64,000 nt of DNA, from assembly GCA_950097015.1 (NCBI GenBank), contig CATNEN010000039.1, positions 15,996,001 through 16,060,000 of the forward strand, given 5' to 3'. Below are positions 26,168 through 38,049 of this stretch, piece by piece. The notes under the pieces are model-generated. The model worked only from the letters and a program-made list of their open reading frames with translations, made no database searches and had not been told where the DNA came from. Each line of letters opens with the position of its first letter. Within the stretch, counting starts at the first letter, position 1. This DNA is from Macrostomum hystrix. Its lineage: Eukaryota > Animalia > Platyhelminthes. The translations under genes and the position numbers were made by a program.

Positions 26168-26500
26168 GGGGGTGAGTGGCAGAGCGGTTATCGCGTTTGC
26201 CTCTCGCACCACGGTCCCTAAGTTCGATTCCACGGCGAGGCCACATTTATTTGGGGCGCAGCCTCGGAGAGAAGGCTTGAGGGCTTGTCGTACAATTTAC
26301 GCCCTTGAGGGCCAACCTCCAAGGCACACTGCCTGACGATGAGAAAGTCAGGGCAGATGTACACACCTGTGTGAGTGTATGCCTGTGTACAGTATCTGTG
26401 TGCGTGTGTGCTCAGGAGTCTGCGAAATGGGCAGAATTGCCTCCTCGCTGGCTGCGGGTCTAGTGTCACTAAATGATGTGCCATTGCCCGCAGCTGGTGG
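26168..26500 (+). mobile_element. tRNA-derived SINE (group B)
   Basis: Head gggggtgagtggcagagcggttatcgcg...agttcgattcc; the body is clearly homologous to 63484-63723 (gggccaacctccaaggcac...cctgacgatgagaaagtcagggcagatgtacacacctgtgtgag...gctggctgcgggtctagtgtcac). Confidence 0.85.
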
Positions 26501-27232
26501 GATGGACTGGTGGGATGGACTGGTGGGATGGACTGGTGGGATGGACTGGTGGGATGGACTGGTGGGATGGACTGGTGGGATGGACTGGTGGGATGGACTG
26601 GTGGGACGGACTGGTGGGATGGACTGGTGGGATGGACTGGTGGGATGGACTGGTGGGATGGACTGGTGGGATGGACTGGTGGGATGGACTGGTGGGATGG
26701 ACTGGTGGGATGGACTGGTGGGATGGACTGGTGGGATGGACTGGTGGGATGGACTGGTGGGACGGACTGGTGGGATGGACTGGTGGGACGGACTGGTGGG
26801 ATGGACTGGTGGGACGGACTGGTGGGATGAACTGGTGGGATGGACTGGTGGGATGGACTGGTGGGATGGACTGGTGGGATGGACTGGTGGGATGGACTGG
26901 TGGGATGGACTGGTGGGATGGACTGGTGGGATGGACTGGTGGGACGGACTGGTGGGATGGACTGGTGGGATGGACTGGTGGGATGGACTGGTGGGATGGA
27001 CTGGTGGGATGGACTGGTGGGATGGACTGGTGGGATGGACTGGTGGGATGGACTGGTGGGATGGACTGGTGGGATGGACTGGTGGGATGGACTGGTGGGA
27101 TGGACTGGTGGGACGGACTGGTGGGATGGACTGGTGGGATGGACTGGTGGGATGGACTGGTGGGATGGACTGGTGGGATGGACTGGTGGGATGGACTGGT
27201 GGGATGGACTGGTGGGATGGACTGGTGGGATG
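26494..27232. repeat. 13-bp minisatellite (ctggtgggatgga), ~56 near-perfect copies
   Basis: Begins directly within the 3' end of the SINE. Confidence 0.97.
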
Positions 27233-27249
27233 CCAAACTAATATTGGCA

Positions 27250-27372
27250 CCAATTTAACTGCTGTGTGTCTAGCTAAGAAACAAATTGCACGGGTGGAGC
27301 CGAGAATCGAATCCCCGACCTTCAAACCGCGAGTCCGACGTTCCCGTTTAATATAGGTTTCTATAGCGACCA
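27250..27372 (-). mobile_element. Degenerate group A SINE head
   Basis: Reverse complement contains cggactcgcggtttgaaggtcggggattcgattctcggctcc. Confidence 0.55.
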
Positions 27373-28004
27373 TACAAAGTGTTACTTCATTAAACTGCGC
27401 ACTTTCTTTAAAGCATGCAAACTAGCTCGTATATAGAATTTTGGATCAAAAGAACACCAATTCTCCTTAACACATCCCGCAAATGGCCCCCCATTTTATC
27501 CTATTGAAGTCTCCCAAATAGTTCTTAGACAGCCAGACATGCAACTGGCTTTGGCGGCAAAAGGCAGTCATAAATTACTTGGATTACAACAGGCCTTGGC
27601 TTGGCGTTCAAGTTGACAGCGAGGTAAGATAATCTTTATAATAGAAGCTGGATAGATGAATATATACTCGTAGAAGACTTTGGAATCGAGAAACAAATAT
27701 GAGGATTTTTCTTCAAGTTCGGTATATGTTTCCCGTATATAGGATAAGACTGGGATCATGAATCAGCTTTTGCTCCTTGGTAGATGTTTCAGAAATATTT
27801 TCCATTTTCTAAAGACTACAACCTCTTTTCTCTTTAATTGCCTCCCGCCTCATCTCAGCTGGGCGTTTTTGCTAAGCAACTGTGAATCACATTGCCTTTT
27901 AGTGTCTAGCATAGTATTGTTTGAACTTTATAACTGGTTATTGCCAGCTAACTAACTAATTTTACTCTCACCCTCACAAATAATTCCTCCTCTGTCTCGC
28001 CATT

Positions 28005-28435
28005 ACCCCCTCCCTCGCCCTTATACTTACCCTCGCCCTTATCCTCACCCTCGCCTTCATCCTCACCCTCGCCCTTATCCCCTCCCTCGCCCTTATCCTC
28101 TCCCTCGCCCTTATCCTCTCCCTCGCCCTTATCCCCTCCCTCGCCCTTATCCTCTCCCTCGCCCTTATCCCCTCCATCGCCCTTATACTTACCCTCGCCC
28201 TTATCCCCTCCCTCGCCCTTATCCCCTCCCTCGCCCTTATCCCCTCCCTCGCCCTTATCCTCTCCCTCGCCCTTATCCCCTCCCTCGCCCTTATCCTCTC
28301 CCTCGCCCTTATCCCCTCCCTCGCCCTTATCCTCTCCCTCGTCCTTATCCCCTCCCTCGCCCTCATCCTCAACCCCGCCTTCATCCTCATCCTCGCCCTC
28401 ATCCTCAGCCTCACCCTTGTCTTCATCCTCATCCT
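28005..28435. repeat. 18-bp minisatellite (ctcgcccttatcccctcc)
   Basis: Tandem units visible. Confidence 0.95.
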
Positions 28436-28957
28436 TTATCTTTTCATTTGTCCGAAATATAAAAAAATGCTAAGGAATATTTTTTGAGTCTCCCCGATCC
28501 CCTCTCCAGATTCTTTTATCCCACGCCACTCGCACTTGGAATCTATCACCCGCTGTATCTCATTACCTGATATATCGATCGATTATCCACAGGGATAAGA
28601 TTAGAATACAGATCTCATCAAGTGGGAACATTTCCTGGATACTGTATTGGTCAGCACTTCTCATCCTTGCACTTCGCTTCTCAAAGTGGAATACAAGAAA
28701 AAATCTAAGTCTATTACCTTTCCGTTCTCTCTTCTTTTTCCTCTTTTAGCTAGTCTTTCTTACCTCAAAACTTCCCCTGATGAGAAAAATCAATACTTGG
28801 TAGCGCTAAACCTTATTTGTTAGTTCGCAATGCTAAAATTGTGAGTTCTTCTTTCAATATTCGAACTAAAGCCGTTTATCAGAATATACATCAGTTATTA
28901 TGTTTCTACGTAGTTAAAATTGTTACATTATCAAAATATTCTCATCTTTTTACTGTT

Positions 28958-29290
28958 TACTCTAGTCTCTCTACTCTAGTCTCTCTACTCTAGTCTCTCT
29001 ACTCTAGTCTCTCTACTCTAGTCTCTCTACTCTAGTCTCTCTACTCTAGTCTCTCTACTCTAGTCTCTCTACTCTAGTCTCTCTACTCTAGTCTCTCTAC
29101 TCTAGTCTCTCTACTCTAGTCTCTCTACTCTAGTCTCTCTACTCTAGTCTCTCTACTCTAGTCTCTCTACTCTAGTCTCTCTACTCTAGTCTCTCTACTC
29201 TAGTCTCTCTACTCTAGTCTCTCTACTCTAGTCTCTCTACTCTAGTCTCTCTACTCTAGTCTCTCTACTCTAGTCTCTCTACTCTAGTCT
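28958..29290. repeat. 14-bp perfect minisatellite (tctagtctctctac)
   Basis: About 23 identical units. Confidence 0.97.
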
Positions 29291-30169
29291 TTTAACCCTG
29301 TCCTTTATCTGGTCTAGTCGTTCTATTTCGTCATGTCTCAAAATCCGTCAGACAGAAGTGTTAGACGAAGTACGAGTACATCACGAAATAGCAGTCAGTC
29401 ACTGGCCAAGAAGGAAGTCAGTTGTCAGTATCCAAAATCCAGAATTCATCATGATAGACTGTCTGACATTCCAGTCCATTTATAGAAGAAGCACAAAGCT
29501 AAAGTGGGTAGTCAAGCGAGCCCTAGCTTTGGGCCGATATGTATCGATCGCTAATTTGACATATCGGCCACTTTATGTAGTCGATAGCTTAAAAGTGTGT
29601 CTCATTGCGCTTGGTTAGGTTAATTTCAGACTTTAAAGGAAAGGATAAAATCTATATAAAAAAGAAGACTAAATACGAGTATAAAATATACATGTGGGAT
29701 TATATTTCTGTAAATTTTGTCCTTCGACAAAATCTCCCGTCCCATAAATTTATGCACACAAGAGTTCATTTTTAAAGGATTTTTTTTGCTAAAAATCCTC
29801 TAAATACATTCCGTTTTTTAATCATGTTTTGAGGACTATTCCATGCCGGATTTCGGACAAGATTTTGGACTATTGCTAAAATTCAAGAAATGAATGTTTG
29901 TTTTCTATAAACGCAAGCCAGTTAAACAAATGGATCGCTTAGCTTTTCATGTTTTAGTGTAATATATGGGTTAAATAATTCTTGGCCCCGGCTATTATCT
30001 AGCTGTTTTGACATGGAAATGCCATATCACTCAGGGCTGACATGACCAGAGAATGAACCTCTTGGAGACCATTGTTTAGTGCCCACTATCAGCTGACCTG
30101 CCTGCGTTGCTCTACCTCAGGAAGACCCCGGATTGGCTGTCAGTCTGTCTTCTGCTGTTTGTTAGACTG

Positions 30170-30615
30170 TCATATTTCCGATTGACTGTTTGTCATTCCC
30201 GTTTGACTGTCTGTCATTTCTGTTTGACTGTTAGTCATTTCTGTTTGACTGTTTGTCATTTCTGTTAGACTGTTTGTCATTTCTGTTTGGCTGTTTGTCA
30301 TTTCTGTTTGACTGTTTGTCATTTCTGTTTGACTGTTTGTCATTTCTGTTTGGCTGTTAGTCATTTCTGTTAGACTGTTTGTCATTTCTGTTTGGCTGTT
30401 TGTCATTTCTGTTTGGCTGTTTGTCATTTCTGTTTGACTGTTTGTCATTTCTGTTTGGCTGTTAGTCATTTCTGTTTGACTGTTTGTCATTTCTGTTTGG
30501 CTGTTTGTCATTTCTGTTTGACTGTTTGTCATTTCTGTTTGGCTGTTAGTCATTTCTGTTTGACTGTTTGTCATTTCTGTTTGACTGTTTGTCATTTCTG
30601 TTTGGCTGTTTGTCC
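30170..30615. repeat. 21-bp minisatellite (tttgtcatttctgtttgactg)
   Basis: Tandem units; source of the TEMTNSQ ORF. Confidence 0.95.
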
Positions 30616-31124
30616 ATCTTTCATTTTTTATATCGTCAGTTTTTGCTGTCTTGTCTCTATATTTCTTTCTATTGTTGGAGGCTGTGAGAATTGTACTATT
30701 GTGTTCCAAGTCTGCTTTCTAACTACGGTTTCAATTTCAAGCCATTTTTTCTATCACGATCGACTGTCCTTTTGTCAACACCTTGTCAAAAGTGAAGCAG
30801 AGAGAAAATTGTATTTATAAAATGTTGCTCAAAGAGATTTAACAAAATTGGTGTCTTCATCTATTTATTCTAGTTGAAAGACATTGTGCTCAATATCATC
30901 TCAAAGTTTCATAGACTTGCGTGTCTGTCCAAGTGAAACAAATTAAAAGTAAACATTGCTATTTGAGTATAGTGAGTTAGTCCTCTAAGGCCAACGGTTT
31001 AGCAGAAAACTTTTACCGCCTACGGAAAACGGATTGCTTTTTTAAATTTACATATTATACAACAGGTTTAGAAATTTTGTCAGAATGCTCATTTTTATCG
31101 AAAGAAATGAAATCCTGAGTCATT

Positions 31125-31626
31125 TTGAGCTGGAATTCGGTGTCAATATGAGCTGGAATTCAGTGTCAATATGAGCTGGAATTCAGTGTCAATATGAGCT
31201 GGAATTCAGTGTCAATATGAGCTGGAATTCAGTGTCAATATGAGCTGGAATTCGGTGTCAATATGAGCTGGAATTCAATGTCAATATGAGCTGGAATTCA
31301 ATGTCAATATGAGCTGGAATTCAGTGTCAATATGAGCTACAATTCAGTGTCGTTTTGAGCTACAATTCAGTGTCGTTTTGAGCTAGATTTCAGTGTCGTT
31401 ATGAGCTAGAGTTCATTGTCGTTATGAGCTAGAGTTCAGTGTCATTATGAGCTAGAATTCGGTTTCATTATGAGCTAGAATTCGGTTTCATTATGAGCAA
31501 GAATTCGGTTTCATTATGAGCAAGAATTCGGTTTCATTATGAGCTAGAATTCGGTTTCATTATGAGCAAGAATTCGGTTTCATTATGAGCAAGAATTCGG
31601 TTTCATTATGAGCTAGAATTCGGTGT
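31125..31626. repeat. 23-bp minisatellite (atgagctggaattcagtgtcaat) with a gradual sequence gradient
   Basis: Units drift stepwise to atgagcaagaattcggtttcatt. Confidence 0.95.
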
Positions 31627-31964
31627 AATGTCTACGGCAAAAGTTTAAATTGCTGAGTGTGTCAGCAGTGCTGGCTATTGCGAATGCTACACACTCTAAC
31701 CAACACAGCCAATAGAAATGAACAACCAATCAGCGACTCTCGCTCTCCGTCTGTCTCCCTCTCTCCTCTGTGCACATCTTCCCCCAAATCCAGTTTTAGC
31801 TGACAGCGCTATTGGGAAATCTACTTAAATATAATCGCTACTTTGTTGCCAAAGAACTAGTTAAATAGACAGACAGACTGACTGAATGACTGACAGTACT
31901 TTTCTAGACTGAGATTTACAGCTCCGAGCACTTAACAGATTGTTGCTATGCACCGCCTAGCGGC

Positions 31965-34277
31965 ATGTTGAGCTCAAATGAGCGGCAGATGAGTACAATC
32001 CTCCTAATTCTGTTCCTGGTGAACGCAGAGACTACGGCCTTTGTTGGCGAGCTAGACGGCAGTAGGAGTGCCTACCTTGGCGTGACATCCTGGCAGCCAT
32101 GCTTCAACTCATCCATTCAGATGGACTTCAGCCTAGAAGGCAGCGGGCAGGCGGCGATGCTTCTCTACAGCGAGATGACCAGCCTAGCAACCGCGGACGA
32201 CTTCAAAAGCGCCGCTAATATTCGAAGCTCTCCGCTGTTTATCTACGCCTGGCTAGTTGATGGTCGGCTAAATCTTAGGCTTAACCTCTGCCGGCTTCCA
32301 AACGCGAGTTTGACCTCTCTGAGCTTGTCACTGAGCAAGCAGAATCCGACATCTAGAAATTATTTGCGACTGCAGCTCAATTTCGGTAAAGATTTCCTGC
32401 TGGCACGACTGGAGAGGCTGAATGATTGCGGACAGGGTAAATTTAGACTCATATCTCACATCTTGAAAATAGTTTGTTTTAAAACTTCATATCGATAATT
32501 GCGTTAACAACAATCAACTTCCTACCTACTCAATCGACGAATCTCCCCATCGTTGCCTTAAACTTTGATAATTAAATAAATACCTGAAAAAGCAGTCCTC
32601 TACCTTCCCAATCAATATTCTGCCTTCCCAATCAATATTCTATCTTCCCAATCAATATTCTATCTTCCCAATCAATATTCTATCTTCCCAATCAATATTC
32701 TATCTTCCCAATCAATATTCTATCTTCCCAATCAATATTCTCCCTTCCCAATCAATATTCTCCCTTCCCAATCCATATTCTACTTCCCAATCAACATTCT
32801 ACTTCCCAATCAATATTCTATCTTCCCAATCAATATTCTACTTCCCAATCAATATTCTACTTCCCAATCAATATTCTACCTTCCCAATCAATATTCTACC
32901 TTCCCAATCAATCCTCTACCTTCCAAATCAATATTCTACTTCCCAATCAATATTCTACCTTCCGAATCAATATTCTACCTTCCCAATCAATATTCTACTT
33001 CCCAATCAATATTCTACCTTCAAAATCAATATTCTACCTTCCCAATCAATATTCTACCTTCCCAATCAATATTCTTCCTTCACAATCAATCCTCTACCTT
33101 CAAAATCAATCCTCTACCTTCCCAATCAATCCTCTACCTTCCCAATCAATCCTCTACCTTCCAAATCAGTTTTTACCTTCTTAATCAATATTCTACCTTC
33201 CCAATCAATCCTCTACCTTCCAAATCAGTTTTTACCTTCTTAATCAATCTTCTACCTTCCCCATCAATATTCTACCTTCCCAATCAATCTTCTACCTTCC
33301 CCATCAATATTCTACCTTCCCAATCAATCCTCTACCTTCCCAATCAATCCTCTACCTTCCCAATCAATCCTCTACCTTCAAAATCAATCCTCTACCTTCC
33401 CAATCAATCCTCTACCTTCCCAATCAATCCTCTACCTTCCTAATCAATCCTCTACCTTCCAAATCAGTTTTTACCTTCCTAATCAATCATTCTACCTTCC
33501 CAATCAATATTCTACCTTCCCAATCAATATTCTACATTCCCAATGAATCTTCTCCCTTCCCAATCAATCCTCTACCTTCCAAATCAATCCTCTACCTTCT
33601 AAATCAATCCTCTACCTTCCAAATCAATCCTCTACCTTCCCAATCAATCTTCTACCTTCCAAATCAATCCTCTACCTTCTAAATCAATCCTCTACCTTCC
33701 AAATCAATCCTCTACTTTCCTAATCAATGATTATCTATCATCAGGATACCATAGCAACAGCAGTGGAAGATTTCCAGTTGTCTGCAGTGAAGTTCTGGAC
33801 AGTCAGAGAGTTCCACTGGTCGGCCAGGGTCGAGCTAGTCGTGTTTCTGACTCCGACCTGATGTTCATCGGCGGCCTACCGCCCAGGTTATCCGAGAACG
33901 CCCAATCCTTGGCATTTTATGGCGCCGGAGTCATGCCCAATTTCCGCGGCCGGGTTGGCAACCTGATCTACACGGACTGTTTCACTAGGTCAGTCTAGAT
34001 GGGATCCAGTTTTTCTGTTCGAAATGTACATCAGACCAAATTGAGTTAGGTGTTAAATCTATCTTATCTATCCATCTACCAATCTATTTCAGTGGACTAT
34101 TGGCGCCAAAACTGCTTGAAACCGGCGCTGGTGTTCAACTGGACGAAGGCGCAAAAGCGTCGACTTGTCGATCGACTTGCAGAAATGGCGGAGTCTGTCT
34201 GGTACATATTTCTACTAGAAGCAACCTTCCATATTGTCATTGCGCTGCTGGATTCAAGGGGCAGAACTGTGAGCAGG
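31965..34277 (+). CDS. Alpha-neurexin-like protein, N-terminal exons: signal peptide, laminin G (LNS1), EGF. Exons 31965-32436, 33745-33988, 34093-34277; gene continues downstream
   Basis: Signal-like MSTILLILFLVNAETTA; LNS1 pattern ELDGSRSAYLGVTSWQPCFNSSIQMDF...MLLYSE...FIYAWLVDGRLNLRLNL...LMFIGGLPPRLSENAQSLAFYGAGVMPNFRGRVGNLIY (compare neurexin FVGGLPPE...FKGWIRDV); EGF CRNGGVC...CHCAAGFKGQNCEQ. Phases 1, 2, 1 are consistent. Other LamG-EGF proteins are not fully excluded. Confidence 0.78.
32596..33728. repeat. 20-bp minisatellite (ttcccaatcaatattctacc) in neurexin intron 1
   Basis: About 55 units ending ~15 nt before the acceptor. Confidence 0.95.
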
Positions 34278-34319
34278 GTGAGTCATTCAGTCGTATTCAG
34301 TCATTAAAGGGTCGAGACT

Positions 34320-35076
34320 TCTAGAGTGAGTCTACTCACAGTTCTAGACTGAGTCTACTCACAGTTCTAGAGTGAGTCTACTCAAAGGTCTAGAGTGAGT
34401 CTACTCAGAGGTCTAGAGTGAGTCTACTCAGAGGTCTAGACTGAGTCTACTCACAGTTCTAGACTGAGTCTACTCACAGTTCTAGAGTGAGTCTACTCAG
34501 AGGTCTAGAGTGAGTCTACTCAGAGGTCTAGAGTGAGTCTACTCAGAGGTCTAGACTGAGTCTACTCACAGTTCTAGACTGAGTCTACTCAGAGGTCTAG
34601 ACTGAGTCTACTCACAGTTCTAGACTGAGTCTACTCACAGTTCTAGAGTGAGTCTACTCAGAGGTCTAGACTGAGTCTACTCACAGTTCTAGACTGAGTC
34701 TACTCAGAGGTCTAGACTGAGTCTACTCACAGTTCTAGACTGAGTCTACTCAGAGGTCTAGACTGAGTCTACTCACAGTTCTAGACTGAGTCTACTCACA
34801 GTTCTAGAGTGAGTCTACTCAGAGGTCTAGAGTGAGTCTACTCAGAGCTCTAGACTGAGTCTACTCACAGTTCTAGACTGAGTCTACTCGGAGGTATAGA
34901 GTGAGTCTACTCACAGTTCTAGACTGAGTCTACTCACAGTTCTAGACTGAGTCTACTCACAGTTCTAGACTGAGTCTACTCGGAGGTCTAGAGTGAGTCT
35001 ACTCACAGTTCTAGACTGAGTCTACTCGGAGGTCTAGAGTGAGTCTACTCAGAGGTCTAGAGTGAGTCTACTCAGA
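34320..35076. repeat. 23-bp minisatellite (tctagagtgagtctactcagagg)
   Basis: About 33 units, each with a TCTAGA palindrome and a tgagt-ct-actca inverted motif. Confidence 0.95.
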
Positions 35077-35630
35077 TTAAGCTTAAGACGATCGTCAGTG
35101 GTCCCTCTCTTCGCGAAAGTAAAAGTACAGAAAAAGCAAGAAATAATTTCCGAAAAAGCCACTCAATACACAACGTAACTCGCTGAGTGCATCAGCTCAG
35201 ATGTGCTGTTATTTAATCTAATTTCATAAATTCCTAACTCGCAAGCTCTCTCGTGTTTCGCCTCAAATGTTAAAAAAGTACAATAGCTTACATTGCAGCG
35301 AATTAGTCTATCGGCTATGGTGCTGCATTTATGTACTCACGAAGAGTCTGCTATGGTTAGCGATTTCGTCTGGAAAGTGCGAACTATTGCTAGCAAATCC
35401 CGACAGACTCATAAACATAGTTGCACAGGAACTGGCTTGAGTTCTCGATAACTAACCTGTCTACAGAGAAGTGCTGTGCTCAAACTTATGCTCAAAATTA
35501 TTTGTCAATATCAGCGATATTTCATGTGGTGTGAAAATTCTATTCCAGAGATAGTTGGGATATAAAAATTAATGGGACTTATTTACTAACGGGATTCGTG
35601 ACAGGCAAATAGGGTTTACAACTGCCTGAA

Positions 35631-37385
35631 GGGATTCCCAGCTCAATATCGGGATTCCCAACTCACTATCGGGATTCCCAACTCACTATCGGGATTCCCA
35701 ACTCACTATCGGGATTCCCAACTCACTATCGGGATTCCCAACTCACTATCGGGATTCCCAACTCACTATCGGGATTCCCAACTCACTATTGGGATTCCCA
35801 ACTCACTATCGGGATTCCCAACTCACTATCGGGATTCCCAACTCACTATCGGGATTCCCAACTCACTATCGGAATTCCCAACTCACTATCGGGATTCCCA
35901 ACTCACTATCGGGATTCCCAACTCACTATCGGGATTCCCAACTCACTATCGGGATTCCCAACTCACTATCGGGATTCCCAACTCACTATCGGGATTACCA
36001 ACTCACTATCGGGATTCCGAACTCAATATCGGGATTCCCAACTCAATATCGGGATTCCCAACTCACTATCGGGATTCCCAACTCACTATCGGGATTCCCA
36101 ACTCACTATCGGAATTCCCAACTCACTATCGGAATTCCCAACTCACTATCGGGATTCCCAACTCACTATCGGGATTCCCAACTCACTATCGGGATTCCCA
36201 ACTCACTATCGGGATTCCCAACTCACTATCGGGATTCCCAACTCAATATCGGGATTCCCAACTCACTATTGGGATTCCCAACTCACTATCGGGATTCCCA
36301 ACTCACTATCGGGATTCCCAACTCACTATCGGGATTCCCAACTCACTATCGGGATTCCAAACTCACTATCGGGATTCCCAACTCACTATCGGGATTCCCA
36401 ACTCACTATCGGGATTCCCAACTCACTATCGGGATTCCCAACTCACTATCGGGATTCCCAACTCACTATCGGGATTCCCAACTCACTATCGGAATTCCCA
36501 ACTCACTATCGGAATTCCCAACTCACTATCGGGATTCCCAACTCACTATCGGGATTCCCAACTCACTATCGGGATTCCCAACTCACTATCGGGATTCCCA
36601 ACTCACTATCGGGATTCCCAACTCAATATCGGGATTCCCAACTCACTATTGGGATTCCCAACTCACTATCGGGATTCCCAACTCACTATCGGGATTCCCA
36701 ACTCACTATCGGGATTCCCAACTCACTATCGGGATTCCCAACTCACTATTGGGATTCCCAACTCACTATCGGAATTCCCAACTCACTATCGGGATTCCCA
36801 ACTCACTATCGGGATTCCCAACTCACTATTGGGATTCCCAACTCACTATCGGGATTCCCAACTCACTATCGGGATTCCCAACTCACTATCGGGATTCCCA
36901 ACTCACTATCGGGATTCCCAACTCACTATCGGGATTCCCAACTCACTATCGGAATTCCCAACTCACTATCGGGATTCCCAACTCACTATCGGGATTCCCA
37001 ACTCACTATCGGGATTCCCAACTCAATATCGGGATTCCCAACTCACTATCGGGATTCCCAACTCACTATCGGGATTCCCAACTCACTATTGGGATTCCCA
37101 ACTCACTATCGGGATTCCCAACTCACTATCGGGATTCCCAACTCACTATCGGGATTCCCAACTCACTATCGGGATTCCCAACTCACTATCGGGATTCCCA
37201 ACTCACTATCGGGATTCCCAACTCACTATCGGGATTCCCAACTCACTATCGGGATTCCCAACTCACTATCGGAATTCCCAACTCACTATCGGAATTCCCA
37301 ACTCACTATCGGGATTCCCAACTCAATATCGGGATTCCCAACTCAATATCGGGATTCCCAACTCACTATCGGGATTCCCAACTCT
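35631..37385. repeat. 20-bp highly homogeneous minisatellite (gggattcccaactcactatc), ~87 copies
   Basis: Stays in perfect register for 1.75 kb. Confidence 0.98.
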
Positions 37386-37723
37386 CTAATTTAATTCCCA
37401 AAGAGCCAACGGGATTTCATTACCTCCTCGAGGAAGGCTTTCAATTTAATCTTGATTTCATAAACAGGAGCAGCAGAGGCAATATCTGGGGAAAAAATGG
37501 AAGCTTGATCTTGTATTTATGCACCCATCAACTCCACATCCGTGAGCTAGAAGGAAAAATAATGCGAGTAAGGAAAATTTCGATTCGCTCGCTGAAGCTT
37601 TGAAATCTTCTCTAAAGTGAAGGAGTGGACAGTTGTGGGATTTGAGGCTAGTCTCCTTTCTCCGAAAACTGCCCACCGAGATGCAGCCTGACGCCTCTAC
37701 GGACGCGTGGTTCTAAAGAAGAA

Positions 37724-37760
<37 letters not shown>

Positions 37761-38049
37761 ACACACACAGAGACATTCCGAGCTGTGCCTGCTGCTGCGC
37801 TGGTCAATAATCGATACCGTCACACATTTGGTTGGGCAAACTGGGAGTTTGAATGGGGACAGCGCTGGAGCGATTGGGTAAACACTTTGGACACTTTAGA
37901 GATGGAGGGACAGATGGAAATGGACTGTGCCGCCGAGGAAAGGATAGAATCTTTGGGATTTGGGAGTCGGGGATTTGAGGATTGGGATTTTAGAGCGGGA
38001 TTTTGAGAGATGAAATCGAATGATCAGAATTTTTACCGGTTTTTTAAGT

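Noticed and set aside
26330-26355. ctgacga...gaaa resembling a hammerhead core
   Set aside because: Only two nucleotides separate the motifs (no stem II), and ctgac pairs with gtcag in a simple hairpin.
26420-26500. gcctcctcgctggc, identical to the P3/L3 segment of the genomic HDV ribozyme
   Set aside because: No clean P1/P1.1/P2 can be built. The bases fit better in alternative hairpins that covary with the 49-kb SINE, and the segment is deleted in the 63.5-kb copy.
35789-37603. 604-aa repetitive ORF, and the GGGATTCCC resemblance to NF-kB sites
   Set aside because: The ORF is a 20-bp satellite read through rotating frames. The motif match alone is no evidence of function.
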